From the IMG/VR virus record IMGVR_UViG_3300036713_000599: a stretch of 64,000 nucleotides of DNA. One strand, 5' to 3'. Position numbers and translations under genes: made by a program. Below the pieces are notes generated by a model. That model worked only from the letters and a program-made list of their open reading frames with translations. It ran no database searches and was not told the DNA's origin. Source of the DNA: a virus (lineage: Duplodnaviria > Caudoviricetes). Below, in pieces: positions 18,292-27,751 of this stretch (positions are counted from its first letter, which is position 1; every line of letters starts with the position of its first letter).

Positions 18292-19778
18292 AGGTCATTC
18301 TCGCGGGGCACAATGGTGATATTGAAGCTCAACAAACAGAGGAGTTCTCTCCTGAAACACTGTCCGCTGCTTACGCTCGCATCAGCAGATCATCTGACCC
18401 TGTCCCCACTCTCCGGAAAAAGGCCAGAGTACAGGTAGAATCAGCCAGGAGGTCGAACCAGACCATCGTATTCGGCCTCGGACATCACTCAGTTGCCGAA
18501 CATGCTGTCTTCAACTTCGACATTCTTGGAATATCCAGACTCGCAATCGAGGCCCTTGAGTGGCATCGCCTGTGTTCTTACACAGAGAAGTCCCAGAGGT
18601 ACATCACCCTTGACGATGACTGGGTCATGCCACCAGAATTCGATGCGCACGAAAGGAACCTCCTGAAAAGCATCATCGAGGTCCAAAACGCCTGCTACCA
18701 CAGTCTCCTTCCCAAGTTAATCGACGCTCAACGAGAAGCTAATCCTGACCTTCTCAAGCGCAAACAAGACATAGCAAAAGTCGAAGGTTGGGCAAAGGAG
18801 GATGCCCGTTATGTGGTGTCGTTAGCCACCGAAGGTCAACTAGGGTTTACGGCCAATGCGAGGAATTTGGAGTTAATCGTACGCCGGTTTCGGACATCGC
18901 CCTTAGAAGAAGTGCGGGAGTTGGGTCGCATGCTCTTTGAGCACGCAAAAAAAGTTGCCCCGTCTCTTATTATTCTGGCCGACAAGGAGGGTTTCGAAAA
19001 AGCTCACGGCACCTCTTTAGAGGATACCTACTTCCAGCTTGCAGCCAGCGATCTCCATGCCGCTGCGAAGTTGGTCCCTATGTCGTATGATCTGGTCCCT
19101 CTTGAGAGTGGAGACGTCAAGCTTATTCAGTACACGCCTAACCCAGATGCGGCGGTCATCTCCGCACTACTATTTGCCGATGGCCGGGGGTCACTTTCTT
19201 CCTGCCAATATGCTGCGGAGAGTACGGGCATCTCAGCGAGGGAACGGTTCATAGCAAGGACGTTGGAGAACATATCGAAGTTTGATTCCCCTCCTCGGGC
19301 TTTCGAAGAGGCTGTCTTCCGGTTCGAAGTCATAGCCGATGCAAGCGCATTTGCACAAATTAAACGACATCGTATGTCTACTCAACAATGGGGCCCATAT
19401 GACCCAGGTCTTGGGGTAACTGTCCCACCAATGATTGAGGAAATTGGAGAAAAACCGACATTTATGTCAATCATGGACCAAGCAGCTGAAGCGTGGTGGA
19501 GCCTGAAAGGGTCACTCGTTAGCCGTGGTGAGTCAAACCGAGCTGCTGACTACGTTCTTACCAACGCCCATTGTCGTCGTGTATCGATAACGATGAACTT
19601 GAGGGAAATATACCATTTCTCTCGGATGCGGGAAGATATCCACGCTCAGTGGGCCATTCGAAAGATTGCGAACGATGTGACTAAACTGGTCCGTCTAGTC
19701 GCACCCGGGGCGTCTATCCTACTGGCGGGGAAACATGATTTTGACAAGGTCGCCCAAAAAATTAAATCCAGAGCTTGA
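18288..19778 (+). CDS. thyX: FAD-dependent thymidylate synthase, two-domain form
   Basis: GHHSVAEHA, WHRLCSYTEKSQRY, EDARY, NARNL in the first half; second repeat has KRHRMS and MNLREIYHF..AQWAIR. Confidence 0.85.
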   Translation: MKVILAGHNGDIEAQQTEEFSPETLSAAYARISRSSDPVPTLRKKARVQVESARRSNQTIVFGLGHHSVAEHAVFNFDILGISRLAIEALEWHRLCSYTEKSQRYITLDDDWVMPPEFDAHERNLLKSIIEVQNACYHSLLPKLIDAQREANPDLLKRKQDIAKVEGWAKEDARYVVSLATEGQLGFTANARNLELIVRRFRTSPLEEVRELGRMLFEHAKKVAPSLIILADKEGFEKAHGTSLEDTYFQLAASDLHAAAKLVPMSYDLVPLESGDVKLIQYTPNPDAAVISALLFADGRGSLSSCQYAAESTGISARERFIARTLENISKFDSPPRAFEEAVFRFEVIADASAFAQIKRHRMSTQQWGPYDPGLGVTVPPMIEEIGEKPTFMSIMDQAAEAWWSLKGSLVSRGESNRAADYVLTNAHCRRVSITMNLREIYHFSRMREDIHAQWAIRKIANDVTKLVRLVAPGASILLAGKHDFDKVAQKIKSRA

Positions 19779-20173
19779 TCGAAAGGAAGCAAATGGCGGA
19801 GATATATGCAGCATTGCAAAGCCAAAAAGGTGAGCGGCCACATGAGACTGTCTGGGCCCTCATGCGTGCGTCACTTAACCAAGGAATCTTTTTTAAGACG
19901 TTGGAAGTTCTAGGTACACTGGAAATTGGAAATATGACTTTCGTTCGGTTTCGAACAGGTCACCCTGAGCTGGCAAATGCCTTTAGTGACCCCTCTTTGG
20001 AGGACAGGGCTGTTATAGCTTCCAACGGCCAAGGCTACAGCCTGGCCCTCCCTGGGGGCCGGCAAGGTAATATACCCACGGCCAAGATGCTCATGGTGGC
20101 GGATCCCAATGAACGTCGCTTGTACAGAGGCCCTGCCGTCAAGTTATGGGAGAGACAGTTTCTAGATATTTAG
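19775..20173 (+). CDS. Hypothetical protein
   Basis: 132-aa ORF overlapping the thyX stop. Confidence 0.6.
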   Translation: MIERKQMAEIYAALQSQKGERPHETVWALMRASLNQGIFFKTLEVLGTLEIGNMTFVRFRTGHPELANAFSDPSLEDRAVIASNGQGYSLALPGGRQGNIPTAKMLMVADPNERRLYRGPAVKLWERQFLDI

Positions 20174-20177
20174 TCTT

Positions 20178-20795
20178 TTGATGCTTCTCCTACGTTACAA
20201 CATGAGAACCCTGAAGCACATTTACCTGGACATTCAGGACACAGCTAAGAAAATAGCATCTCTTGGGGACTTTGAGACAGCGGCAAGAGCCATGCAGGTC
20301 ACGGAGGCTTTAGGTGCTCAAACGATAGTAGACAAAAAGGCTTCGACGATCGGGGGTCTTGAACCAATTGGAGTATCTGGATGGTGGTCAAAGCCACACA
20401 ACCTGGTCCTTGCGTCGTCGAAGATGGGGTGGAGTCTGTGGACTTTCACTATACTGCCTTATTTCCCAGCGAAGAGGGCTGCACGCTTGGACTTAAATGG
20501 AATCGTTATTCGGCCCGTGTGGAGGCTGTCACGGTTCGGTCCTAGCAGTTTGACGCCACAACAAATCGAAAACACGGTAGCTACCATCAAAGAGTTTCCA
20601 TCCATTGCATCTATAGTCTCCAAGGAACTGGACTGGGTCGAACGAGAATTTGAACTCGAAGTCCCAAAGGGAATCCGAGATACCCTCGTAGGAGCGAGCC
20701 CTCGTCAGGCGGTGGCACGTTGGGGGTCGCCACATTGGGAGACCATCGACAGACTTATCCCTCTCGACGGTGCCATGCCCAGAGACTTACCATGA
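20178..20795 (+). CDS. Hypothetical protein
   Basis: 205-aa ORF; stop overlaps the next start. Carries ASPRQAVARW near the C-terminus. Confidence 0.6.
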   Translation: MMLLLRYNMRTLKHIYLDIQDTAKKIASLGDFETAARAMQVTEALGAQTIVDKKASTIGGLEPIGVSGWWSKPHNLVLASSKMGWSLWTFTILPYFPAKRAARLDLNGIVIRPVWRLSRFGPSSLTPQQIENTVATIKEFPSIASIVSKELDWVEREFELEVPKGIRDTLVGASPRQAVARWGSPHWETIDRLIPLDGAMPRDLP

Positions 20796-21553
20796 GGATT
20801 GCCGCTGTACAATTCCGGCCTGAATTTAGTGGACCGGGCGATAGTTTCTCACCCAACAGCAAGAATCGAGAGAGGAACATTCAAACACTCGTCGAGCTTG
20901 GTACTGAGGCGGCCAGAGGCGGGGCTGAGCTAATTGTCTTCCCAGAGCTTGCCACTACCGGTTACAGCTTCATGTCGGTAGCAGAGGCCGAGTCTCAGGC
21001 GGAGATTGTCCAAGCGAGGCGCGGGAGCGTTGGAGCGATGCTTGCCTTGGCTAAGCGGTTAGGTGTTGGATTTGTTTGGGGACTCGTTGAAAAGTCACCC
21101 ATCGTCGGCAAGCTCCATAATTCTCAGGTTATGGCATTACCTGATGGGACCTTGGTTTCCTATGCCAAGGTGAACAGGTGGGGCCAGGACCTGATATGGG
21201 CCGACGAAGGTGTAGACAGTCCACCTATAGTAGCCTTCAGGGGATTTAACGTCGGTCTGCTCATATGTCGTGATATCAAGGACAGTGGGTCTGGTCTGGA
21301 TGATTTTTACGAACCAGGAGATGCAGACATTGTGGCTTTTTCGACCAACTGGGGGAACGGAGCTTTTCCGTCAAATCGATGGGTTAATTTTGCGAAGTCA
21401 AATAACACCTGGCTTGTAGTCGCCAACAGGTACGGTAAAGAAGCAAACAACGACTTCGGTGAGGGCGGGAGCTGTGTTGTTAGCCCGAACGGCAAGGTCC
21501 ACTGTGAAGGTCTTCGATGGTCTTCGCCTTGCATCGTCTACGCTGACATCTAG
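20792..21553 (+). CDS. Carbon-nitrogen hydrolase (nitrilase superfamily)
   Basis: MRIAAVQF start; Glu-Lys-Cys triad contexts IVFPELATTGY, YAKV, LLICRD; VANRYG and GGSCVVSPNG. Confidence 0.88.
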   Translation: MRIAAVQFRPEFSGPGDSFSPNSKNRERNIQTLVELGTEAARGGAELIVFPELATTGYSFMSVAEAESQAEIVQARRGSVGAMLALAKRLGVGFVWGLVEKSPIVGKLHNSQVMALPDGTLVSYAKVNRWGQDLIWADEGVDSPPIVAFRGFNVGLLICRDIKDSGSGLDDFYEPGDADIVAFSTNWGNGAFPSNRWVNFAKSNNTWLVVANRYGKEANNDFGEGGSCVVSPNGKVHCEGLRWSSPCIVYADI

Positions 21554-22023
21554 ACGCGCGCTAATAGGCTCTTAGTTAGCCGCAGTAGAGATAGCCCAGC
21601 CAGTTCAGGGTCGTCGACGCCTATGGACTCACTTACTACTTTTGTCCACTCCGGCCGCCCTTTCAGATCGTACGGAACCCAGCCCATATTGAGGATCACT
21701 TTCCCATTCTTCAGCCCAATTCGTAGTGAGATTCCATCTACAGGGTGACGGGTGGAGAAGAAGTAGTACACGTCGGTACCTCGCTGGCTGACGTTCAGGT
21801 AGTACTTGTCCATGAATTTTTGCCGTAGGAGTTTGAGCAGACGAGGCATCAGTATGTTCACAGACTCCTTAGCCAACTGGATAGCTTCTTGGTCCTCTTT
21901 CGATGCAACAGCAATGGAGGAACCAAGCTTCGCGAACACCCACTCTGGAATAGGCGGGTTCCAGCCTTCCATCGACGTTTGAATGGCCCAGCGAGCTACG
22001 ACTCTACGAATTATACGTTCCAT
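21550..22023 (-). CDS. Hypothetical protein with N-terminal RRVVARW tag
   Basis: 157-aa ORF filling the gap between plus-strand operons. Confidence 0.65.
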   Translation of the reverse strand: MERIIRRVVARWAIQTSMEGWNPPIPEWVFAKLGSSIAVASKEDQEAIQLAKESVNILMPRLLKLLRQKFMDKYYLNVSQRGTDVYYFFSTRHPVDGISLRIGLKNGKVILNMGWVPYDLKGRPEWTKVVSESIGVDDPELAGLSLLRLTKSLLARV

Positions 22024-22055
22024 ATCTCTCCGAAGCCATCAATAGATCTCAAATC

Positions 22056-22065
22056 GGTGTAACTT
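22056..22065 (+). promoter_or_regulatory. GGTG-TAACTT promoter motif
   Basis: Hexamer ends 10 nt before GTG 22072. Confidence 0.6.
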
Positions 22066-22071
22066 AACCAG

Positions 22072-22470
22072 GTGAAACGAGTCAAACAGACGAAGTTTGG
22101 GTCGCCTGACGGCAATTGCTTTGAGGCATGCTTGGCGGCCATCCTTGAAATCCAATTAGACACGATCCCACACTTTCGAGAAGACGACTGGTTTCAGCAG
22201 ATTAATCGATGGCTCAAATGGCACCATGGAATGCAAATGCTCATGATCGAGCAGGACCTGACCGACATACTGTCGCCTGTCACCTATTCCATAGCGTCAG
22301 GGCCAGGCCCTCGTGGATTGCTGCATAGCGTAGTTTACCGTGGAACTGAACTTGCCCACGATCCCCATCCTGATAACAAAGGCCTTCAATCAGTGGACTT
22401 TTGGATCATTTTCGTTGCCCTAAATCCCTCGAAGATGCCTCGACGTAAGCCGCGCCGGTGTAGGAGTTAA
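22072..22470 (+). CDS. Papain/C39-like small peptidase-fold protein
   Basis: Q....GNCFEACLAAIL, HSVV and HDP give a Cys-His-Asp-like arrangement. Confidence 0.45.
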   Translation: MKRVKQTKFGSPDGNCFEACLAAILEIQLDTIPHFREDDWFQQINRWLKWHHGMQMLMIEQDLTDILSPVTYSIASGPGPRGLLHSVVYRGTELAHDPHPDNKGLQSVDFWIIFVALNPSKMPRRKPRRCRS

Positions 22471-22472
22471 CC

Positions 22473-23735
22473 ATGCCGACCAAACGACGGTGCAGCTTTT
22501 GCAGAAAAGCCGAAAATGAAGTCAAGTCTCTCGTAGGTGTCGACACCAAGGGCCCGTTCATTTGCAACAAATGCAGTACTTCGGTGAACGAGGCGCTGAA
22601 CCAAGACACGAAGGAGCGTATCCACGAGAACGCCGAGAAGCCTCTTCTGCCCCCGAAGGCCATCAAGGCCCACCTGGACGAACACGTTATCGGGCAAGAA
22701 AAGCTTAAGCGAGACCTCGCGGTAGGCGTTTACCGCCACTACCTGCGACGGGAGTACACTCGACAGGGTAGAGCTGACGATGTCCGGATCGACAAAAGCA
22801 ACATGCTCATTTTAGGGCCGTCCGGCAGTGGCAAGACTGAATGTGTCCGAGCCTTCACTGACCTGCTTGGAGTCCCGATGCACGTTGCGGATGCAAATAA
22901 GCTCACTCAGACGGGCTATGTCGGCGACGACGTGGAATCCATCCTCCAAGGACTATTAGCCGCGGCCGGAGGTGATCTCGAAAAAGCCCAATGGGGTGTA
23001 TGCGTCATTGACGAAATCGATAAAATTGCCAGCAAATCCGGAAGGGGAGCTACGGGCTTTCGCGACGTCACCGGTGAGGGTGTTCAACAAGCGTTGCTCA
23101 AATTAACCGAAGGTTGCAAGATCAACCTACCCCTTGGGACCTCTCGTATGATCTCCCTTGATCAGCCGACCACAATGTTCGACACAACGAACGTTTTATT
23201 CATATGTCTTGGCTCCTTTGAGGGTGGTCTAGGTGAAATCGTCCAACGTCGGGTGAACAAGGGCAATAGACTAGGTTTTGGTGCGTCCCAGTCGAAGAGG
23301 GAGCTTACAAAAAAGGACATATACGAATTAGCTGAAGAAGACGATATTCTTGAGTTCGGCATCATCCCTGAACTGAAAGGTCGTCTACCTATCATGACCA
23401 CGACCCTTCCTCTCACGGAGGAACAGCTTGTCCGTATCCTGACAGAACCAAAGCACGCCCTCATCAAGCAATTGGTCACTCTATTTTCTCTGGACAGCAT
23501 CCAGCTCATATTCGAGGACGCCGCACTTCGGGCCATTGCCCGTAAGGTGCGGAGTAAGCCCACTGGAGCCAGGGCTTTGAGAAGTGTGGTAGAAGATATC
23601 ACTATTCCCCTCACATATGAATACTCGGGCAGAGATTCTGATGTCGAGATCATAACCGTAACAGAGGCTGTGGTCACAGAAGGCCGCCCCCCGATTATCA
23701 GACCTAGATCCAGCAGAGTCGTTAAGCAAGGCTGA
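22473..23735 (+). CDS. clpX: ATP-dependent Clp protease ATP-binding subunit ClpX
   Basis: CSFC..ICNKC zinc domain, VIGQ, KSNMLILGPSGSGKT, DANKLTQTGYVGDDVE, IDEIDKI, DVTGEGVQQALLK, LGFG loop, PELKGRLP, TGARALRS. Confidence 0.93.
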   Translation: MPTKRRCSFCRKAENEVKSLVGVDTKGPFICNKCSTSVNEALNQDTKERIHENAEKPLLPPKAIKAHLDEHVIGQEKLKRDLAVGVYRHYLRREYTRQGRADDVRIDKSNMLILGPSGSGKTECVRAFTDLLGVPMHVADANKLTQTGYVGDDVESILQGLLAAAGGDLEKAQWGVCVIDEIDKIASKSGRGATGFRDVTGEGVQQALLKLTEGCKINLPLGTSRMISLDQPTTMFDTTNVLFICLGSFEGGLGEIVQRRVNKGNRLGFGASQSKRELTKKDIYELAEEDDILEFGIIPELKGRLPIMTTTLPLTEEQLVRILTEPKHALIKQLVTLFSLDSIQLIFEDAALRAIARKVRSKPTGARALRSVVEDITIPLTYEYSGRDSDVEIITVTEAVVTEGRPPIIRPRSSRVVKQG

Positions 23736-23753
23736 GGAAGTCTGATACCAGAG

Positions 23754-23766
23754 TCGCCCTCCTTCG
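23754..23766 (-). mobile_element. Possible IS605 left-end tip remnant
   Basis: TCGCCCTCCTTCG-GTGTA matches the element left end TCGCCCTCTTTCG-GTGTA at 17 of 18 nt. Confidence 0.45.
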
Positions 23767-23775
23767 GTGTAAGGT
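23766..23775 (+). promoter_or_regulatory. GGTG-TAAGGT promoter motif
   Basis: Hexamer ends 10 nt before ATG 23782. Confidence 0.65.
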
Positions 23776-23781
23776 CGACCT

Positions 23782-24603
23782 ATGAGTCGAATTCGCAGTG
23801 GAAGATCTGAAGGGCTACCTTACTCTCTCTCCAGGTGGACTGATTTACCCGCATCCAAGTGGCGTTGGTTTCAGGCTCAGCTACGTCAGGGGTGGATGGT
23901 TGCTTTCGATCCTCGTACCGCGGTTCCCAGCAAGTGGTCACTTGCTCCAGAAGACGTCCTCGGCCTTGTTTTTTGGACCCGTAAACCCACAACCCTGATC
24001 AAAAACTCTGGATCGCTCAAACCTTTTCCCTTAGTCATTCACATGACTATCACTGGCTGGGAAGAGGTTGAGATTGGTGCTCCCGATATGCACCGGAGCC
24101 TAGATCTTATGGCAAAGGCTGTGGATGTGTTCGGAGCCGAAAATGTCACGTGGAGGTTCAGTCCTATTCCGGCAGTCGAAGACATGGTCGAGAGGTTCGA
24201 TAGGATTGCTCGTTCGGTCGAATCTTTGGGGATTAGGAGCGTCTATGTAGCTTTCCTCCAGAACAATGACCTGATACCGGAACAAAGGTCACTGGTAACC
24301 CGCCAGGAGCTTCTACTTCAAATGTCAAGACAAGCTAAGGGGATGCAAGTACTTGTATGTAATGAAGATCGCGTGTTAGACGACCTTGCCTGTCCCGACA
24401 ATTTAGGGTACGGTGTCTGTGAGGATGGCCGTAGGTTCAAAAGGCAAGGTATGTCGCATGAGGCGTGCGGTTGCGCTCATTCGGTAGACCCGTTCACCAT
24501 AACCGAAGCTTGTTCGATTGGTTGCCAATACTGTTACGCAGCAGACAAGTCATTGGCCGCAACCAAGAAAAATACGACCAAGGGACTGTGGATACTTCCA
24601 TGA
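23782..24603 (+). CDS. DUF1848-family protein
   Basis: SLSRWTDLPA (cf. SASRRTDIPA), VFWTR, WRFSPI, CGC..SVD and C..GCQYCYA. Confidence 0.75.
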   Translation: MSRIRSGRSEGLPYSLSRWTDLPASKWRWFQAQLRQGWMVAFDPRTAVPSKWSLAPEDVLGLVFWTRKPTTLIKNSGSLKPFPLVIHMTITGWEEVEIGAPDMHRSLDLMAKAVDVFGAENVTWRFSPIPAVEDMVERFDRIARSVESLGIRSVYVAFLQNNDLIPEQRSLVTRQELLLQMSRQAKGMQVLVCNEDRVLDDLACPDNLGYGVCEDGRRFKRQGMSHEACGCAHSVDPFTITEACSIGCQYCYAADKSLAATKKNTTKGLWILP

Positions 24604-24842
24604 ATAATGTACTGGCAATGCTTGAGAACATAGAGGATTCAGAGGACTTTACCGAACAGGAGGCCGAGGAAGCCGTCCTAACCACTAGCTCCAATGATTT
24701 CGTCCAGAAGGTTGTGCGCTATGTACGGGCGGGTAATGTCGTGAGGGGATACGAGGTTCGTCGCTTCGTGAATCATCTTTACGTCCGTGTTAGTTTAACG
24801 GAAACAAAGTTGGTATTCAGAACCGATTGGATAGGGTCATGA
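24600..24842 (+). CDS. Hypothetical protein
   Basis: ATG 24600 overlaps the previous stop; 80 aa. Confidence 0.55.
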   Translation: MNNVLAMLENIEDSEDFTEQEAEEAVLTTSSNDFVQKVVRYVRAGNVVRGYEVRRFVNHLYVRVSLTETKLVFRTDWIGS

Positions 24843-25192
24843 CGACTTGCGACAACGAAGAAACTGCGGAAGAAACTCGGACCACGTATTGCGACCGGAA
24901 TCGAGTTGACAACGTGTGGGTTGAGGGTGCTGATGAGAACGGGGACGGTGGGATATGCCTCCTCGACACGTTGACGGAGGATCAAGTGGTCTACTCGGTC
25001 CAACGTAGTGAGAGGGCACGTGTGGACTTATGTAAGGTCACTAGCGACCCCGGCCTACTGAACATCGCGGCCAAGACTCCTAGGCTCCCGACCGGGCAAA
25101 AGGGAGATAAACTCCAAACTGAGATTAACCGTAACGCGGACAGCATTCCGTACTACTCTCAATTTAAAGGCAAACCACCGTGGAGCGGATGA
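24839..25192 (+). CDS. Hypothetical protein
   Basis: ATGA overlaps on both sides. Confidence 0.55.
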   Translation: MTTCDNEETAEETRTTYCDRNRVDNVWVEGADENGDGGICLLDTLTEDQVVYSVQRSERARVDLCKVTSDPGLLNIAAKTPRLPTGQKGDKLQTEINRNADSIPYYSQFKGKPPWSG

Positions 25193-25533
25193 ATCGTCAC
25201 ACACGAAGGGCTTTGAAGAAGAAGCAAAAAAAGAGCGGACTAACCAAGCTCACTGACGCTGATCAGAAGCTAAGTGCGGCCCTTCAGGCATTGCAACAAA
25301 TCCAAGGCCTGGAAGGGGTGGCCAAGACACTGGAAGCCATCCAAGAGGACCTTCAAGGAGCGCATGCGTTGATGACGGCTCTTGTGTGCGACATGGAGGG
25401 GCTCAACTCAGAAATGGCGGAGCTTCGCTTGAGACAGCAACAACAATATGACCACCTCCATCGCTTGCTTCTACAGGTTATGCCAGGTGCTGAAATGTTA
25501 ACTGAGTCGAGTAAGGGCAATGGAGGGACCTAA
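25189..25533 (+). CDS. Hypothetical coiled-coil protein
   Basis: MNRHTRRALKK start, heptad-like middle. Confidence 0.6.
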   Translation: MNRHTRRALKKKQKKSGLTKLTDADQKLSAALQALQQIQGLEGVAKTLEAIQEDLQGAHALMTALVCDMEGLNSEMAELRLRQQQQYDHLHRLLLQVMPGAEMLTESSKGNGGT

Positions 25534-26086
25534 GTATGACAAGGACAAGGTTGGCGGTACAGAAGCAAACCGCCAAGGGGCGAACAGCGAAGACTCCAGT
25601 GGATTGGCACAAATTAGCCGAAAAAGTGTTGGCTCGGGCCAAGAATCGAGGAGATGTGAAGCTCGTCCGAGCAGTCGAAGCAGCGATCAAGAGCAACCAG
25701 GTGGCACGATACCTCAAGAAGCGGAGCATCGTATCCGAAGTCGATCTGGACCGAGAGTTACCACCCTAGAAGACATCGACGACTTGGACACACAATTGAC
25801 CCAAGCCTTTCGTGTTTCCGACCCTGCTAAAATTTGGACCTTGGTACGAGACTTGCTGAAATTGACACGGTCCTTGGTTCAGGAGGCAGCCGAGACCAGA
25901 TTCCAGGTAAATTTTGGTTCCGAAAGGTGTGGTTCCTGCGATGGGTTAAAGGCCGGTCCTGGTGTGGTTGCTACCTGTTTTCAGCTACGAAAGTGTTTCT
26001 ACCGCAATATAAGGTCGGATGACACCTCGAAGAAACAGAAGGCTGTCCTTGATTCTTTCCGAACTATATCAAAGGGGCGATCGTAG
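25520..26086 (+). CDS. Hypothetical protein with Cys cluster
   Basis: CGSCDG..CF..KCFY; the true start is uncertain. Confidence 0.5.
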   Translation: MEGPKYDKDKVGGTEANRQGANSEDSSGLAQISRKSVGSGQESRRCEARPSSRSSDQEQPGGTIPQEAEHRIRSRSGPRVTTLEDIDDLDTQLTQAFRVSDPAKIWTLVRDLLKLTRSLVQEAAETRFQVNFGSERCGSCDGLKAGPGVVATCFQLRKCFYRNIRSDDTSKKQKAVLDSFRTISKGRS

Positions 26087-26165
26087 TAGAGGCATATATT
26101 AGTACTTGCACGGAAACCTAGAAGAGCTACTCTGTAAACCTACCCAGCATACATGGAGATGAAAA

Positions 26166-27227
26166 ATGACTGAAACACTATCATTCCAAGAAGCACTGGA
26201 AAAGCGCGACTCTCTGAAGGAAGAAGCCGAAGAGGCCCGTAAATTGGCCGATCGCATCCTAAAGGACGCGATCGAGAAGGAAGCAGCGGTTGCCGCCATT
26301 GAAGAAGCACTGAGAGAAATCAGGGTCAGTATTTCTCTTCCGACAAGGGCAGGAAAGGCTGAAGAAAAGGCTGAAGAAAAGGCCGAAGAGAAAGCCGAAG
26401 AGAAAGCCGAAGAGAAAGCCGAAGAGAAAGCCGAAGAGAAAGCCGAGGCTAGCGACAAATCGGAAGTTCTGGAAGAAAAAGCAGCTCCGAAGGCTAAACC
26501 GTCAAGGAAGGGGGGCAAAAAGACCTTCGTGCAGAAGATTGCCCAGGTGATGGGCCAAGATTCCCTCAGAGCCGTTGAGGTCGCAGAACGGATCGAAGCT
26601 GCAGGGTTTACTCCAAATAGCAAGAATGTGGCGAGATATGTTGGAATGGTGCTTTGGCAAAATGAAGGAACTGTGTTTCAACGTGTAGCCACAGGGTTGT
26701 ACCGTGTGGTCCAAGACGGGCCAAAGGGGACCGAGCCCTCGAAGACCAAGAAGACTGAGGCTGCTCCAAAAAGTCCCGCTACGGAAAGTCCTGCTACGGA
26801 GAGGGTTGTCAACGATAAGGGTCGTGTAGAAACGGCCAGTGAGAAAAGACCACCTCTTCGTATCGCGCTGATCAAGGTGATGGGCAGGGGGACTTACACA
26901 GCAGAAGAAGCCCTTAGTCTCCTGGATGAGAGGAAATGGGCCCCGTGCGGGTCTGACCCTCGCAAATACGTTTCAAGCGTACTGTCCTCCTCACCTTCTG
27001 CTTTCGAGAGGGCGCCAGGTCGCGGCCAATACAGAGTAGTGAAAAGTGTCCTGGAGTCGTCTGGCGTGGAAGAAGCCACGGAAGAAACTGTGAAAGAGAA
27101 CGAGGCGGAGCCTGACCCCGGTACCAACGAGAAGATTGAAGACATCTGGGGACTCTCTCCTGAGAACCGAGACTTGGATCCTGATGTGAAAAGTAATCCT
27201 TTCGTTGAAGACACTGCCGGCGCGTAG
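26166..27227 (+). CDS. Coiled-coil + KAEE repeats + two HARE-HTH-like winged-helix domains
   Basis: Two similar modules (IAQVMGQDSLRAVEVAERI...FQRVATGLYRV and LIKVMGRGTYTAEEALSLL...FERAPGRGQYRV) resembling HB1/ASXL-type wHTH. Confidence 0.6.
   Translation: MTETLSFQEALEKRDSLKEEAEEARKLADRILKDAIEKEAAVAAIEEALREIRVSISLPTRAGKAEEKAEEKAEEKAEEKAEEKAEEKAEEKAEASDKSEVLEEKAAPKAKPSRKGGKKTFVQKIAQVMGQDSLRAVEVAERIEAAGFTPNSKNVARYVGMVLWQNEGTVFQRVATGLYRVVQDGPKGTEPSKTKKTEAAPKSPATESPATERVVNDKGRVETASEKRPPLRIALIKVMGRGTYTAEEALSLLDERKWAPCGSDPRKYVSSVLSSSPSAFERAPGRGQYRVVKSVLESSGVEEATEETVKENEAEPDPGTNEKIEDIWGLSPENRDLDPDVKSNPFVEDTAGA
26355..26447 (+). repeat. Coding 12-bp tandem repeat, (KAEE)x7 + KAE
   Basis: AA(G/A)GC(T/C)GAAGA(A/G) units read directly from the sequence. 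Confidence 0.95.
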
Positions 27228-27229
27228 CT

Positions 27230-27239
27230 GGTGTATGCT
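27230..27239 (+). promoter_or_regulatory. GGTG-TATGCT promoter motif
   Basis: Hexamer ends 10 nt before ATG 27246. Confidence 0.65.
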
Positions 27240-27245
27240 GGTAAT

Positions 27246-27749
27246 ATGAAGCTGGGTGATATTGTCCGAACACAAGATGAGTTGTGGAAAGTCACGCTCC
27301 ACAGCTCTGAACATCGAACCTTCACTTTAGTGAACTGGTCAGGGACCAAGACGGAAGTCCCGGATACCCCGACCCCTGAGGTGCAGGTCGTACGCTCCCC
27401 CCAAGACTGGCCCTTCATAGCCCTTCCTATGCGACATGCAAAAGGCCGCATTCTGAGTATATCTCGAATGGGGAAGCAACTGACCCCTCTAAGAGATTGG
27501 GTGCCCAGTGGAATGCTCAGTTCCGGTGGCTCGGTCTTTTTCAGCCCTTCCTTGCGTCTTCGGATAGGAGAGACCCTAATCCTCCACCACAAACAAGGCA
27601 CGAGTAAAGCAAACATCAAGCCCTCTTTCATGAGTGTCAAGAATAGGATTCAGCTCGCGAATAAGCCTTTCAGACCACGCCGCCCGAAGACGACCTTCGA
27701 TCGTCTTGTCGACAATAACTTTGACGACCTCTTTGATCTGGAGGACTAA
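27246..27749 (+). CDS. Hypothetical protein (SH3/KOW-like N-terminus)
   Basis: MKLGDIVRT start; ATG placed by the promoter motif. Confidence 0.6.
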   Translation: MKLGDIVRTQDELWKVTLHSSEHRTFTLVNWSGTKTEVPDTPTPEVQVVRSPQDWPFIALPMRHAKGRILSISRMGKQLTPLRDWVPSGMLSSGGSVFFSPSLRLRIGETLILHHKQGTSKANIKPSFMSVKNRIQLANKPFRPRRPKTTFDRLVDNNFDDLFDLED

Positions 27750-27751
27750 AC

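Noticed and set aside
26099-26623. Minus-strand 174-aa ORF with AFSS repeats
   Set aside because: Antisense shadow of the KAEE repeat gene.
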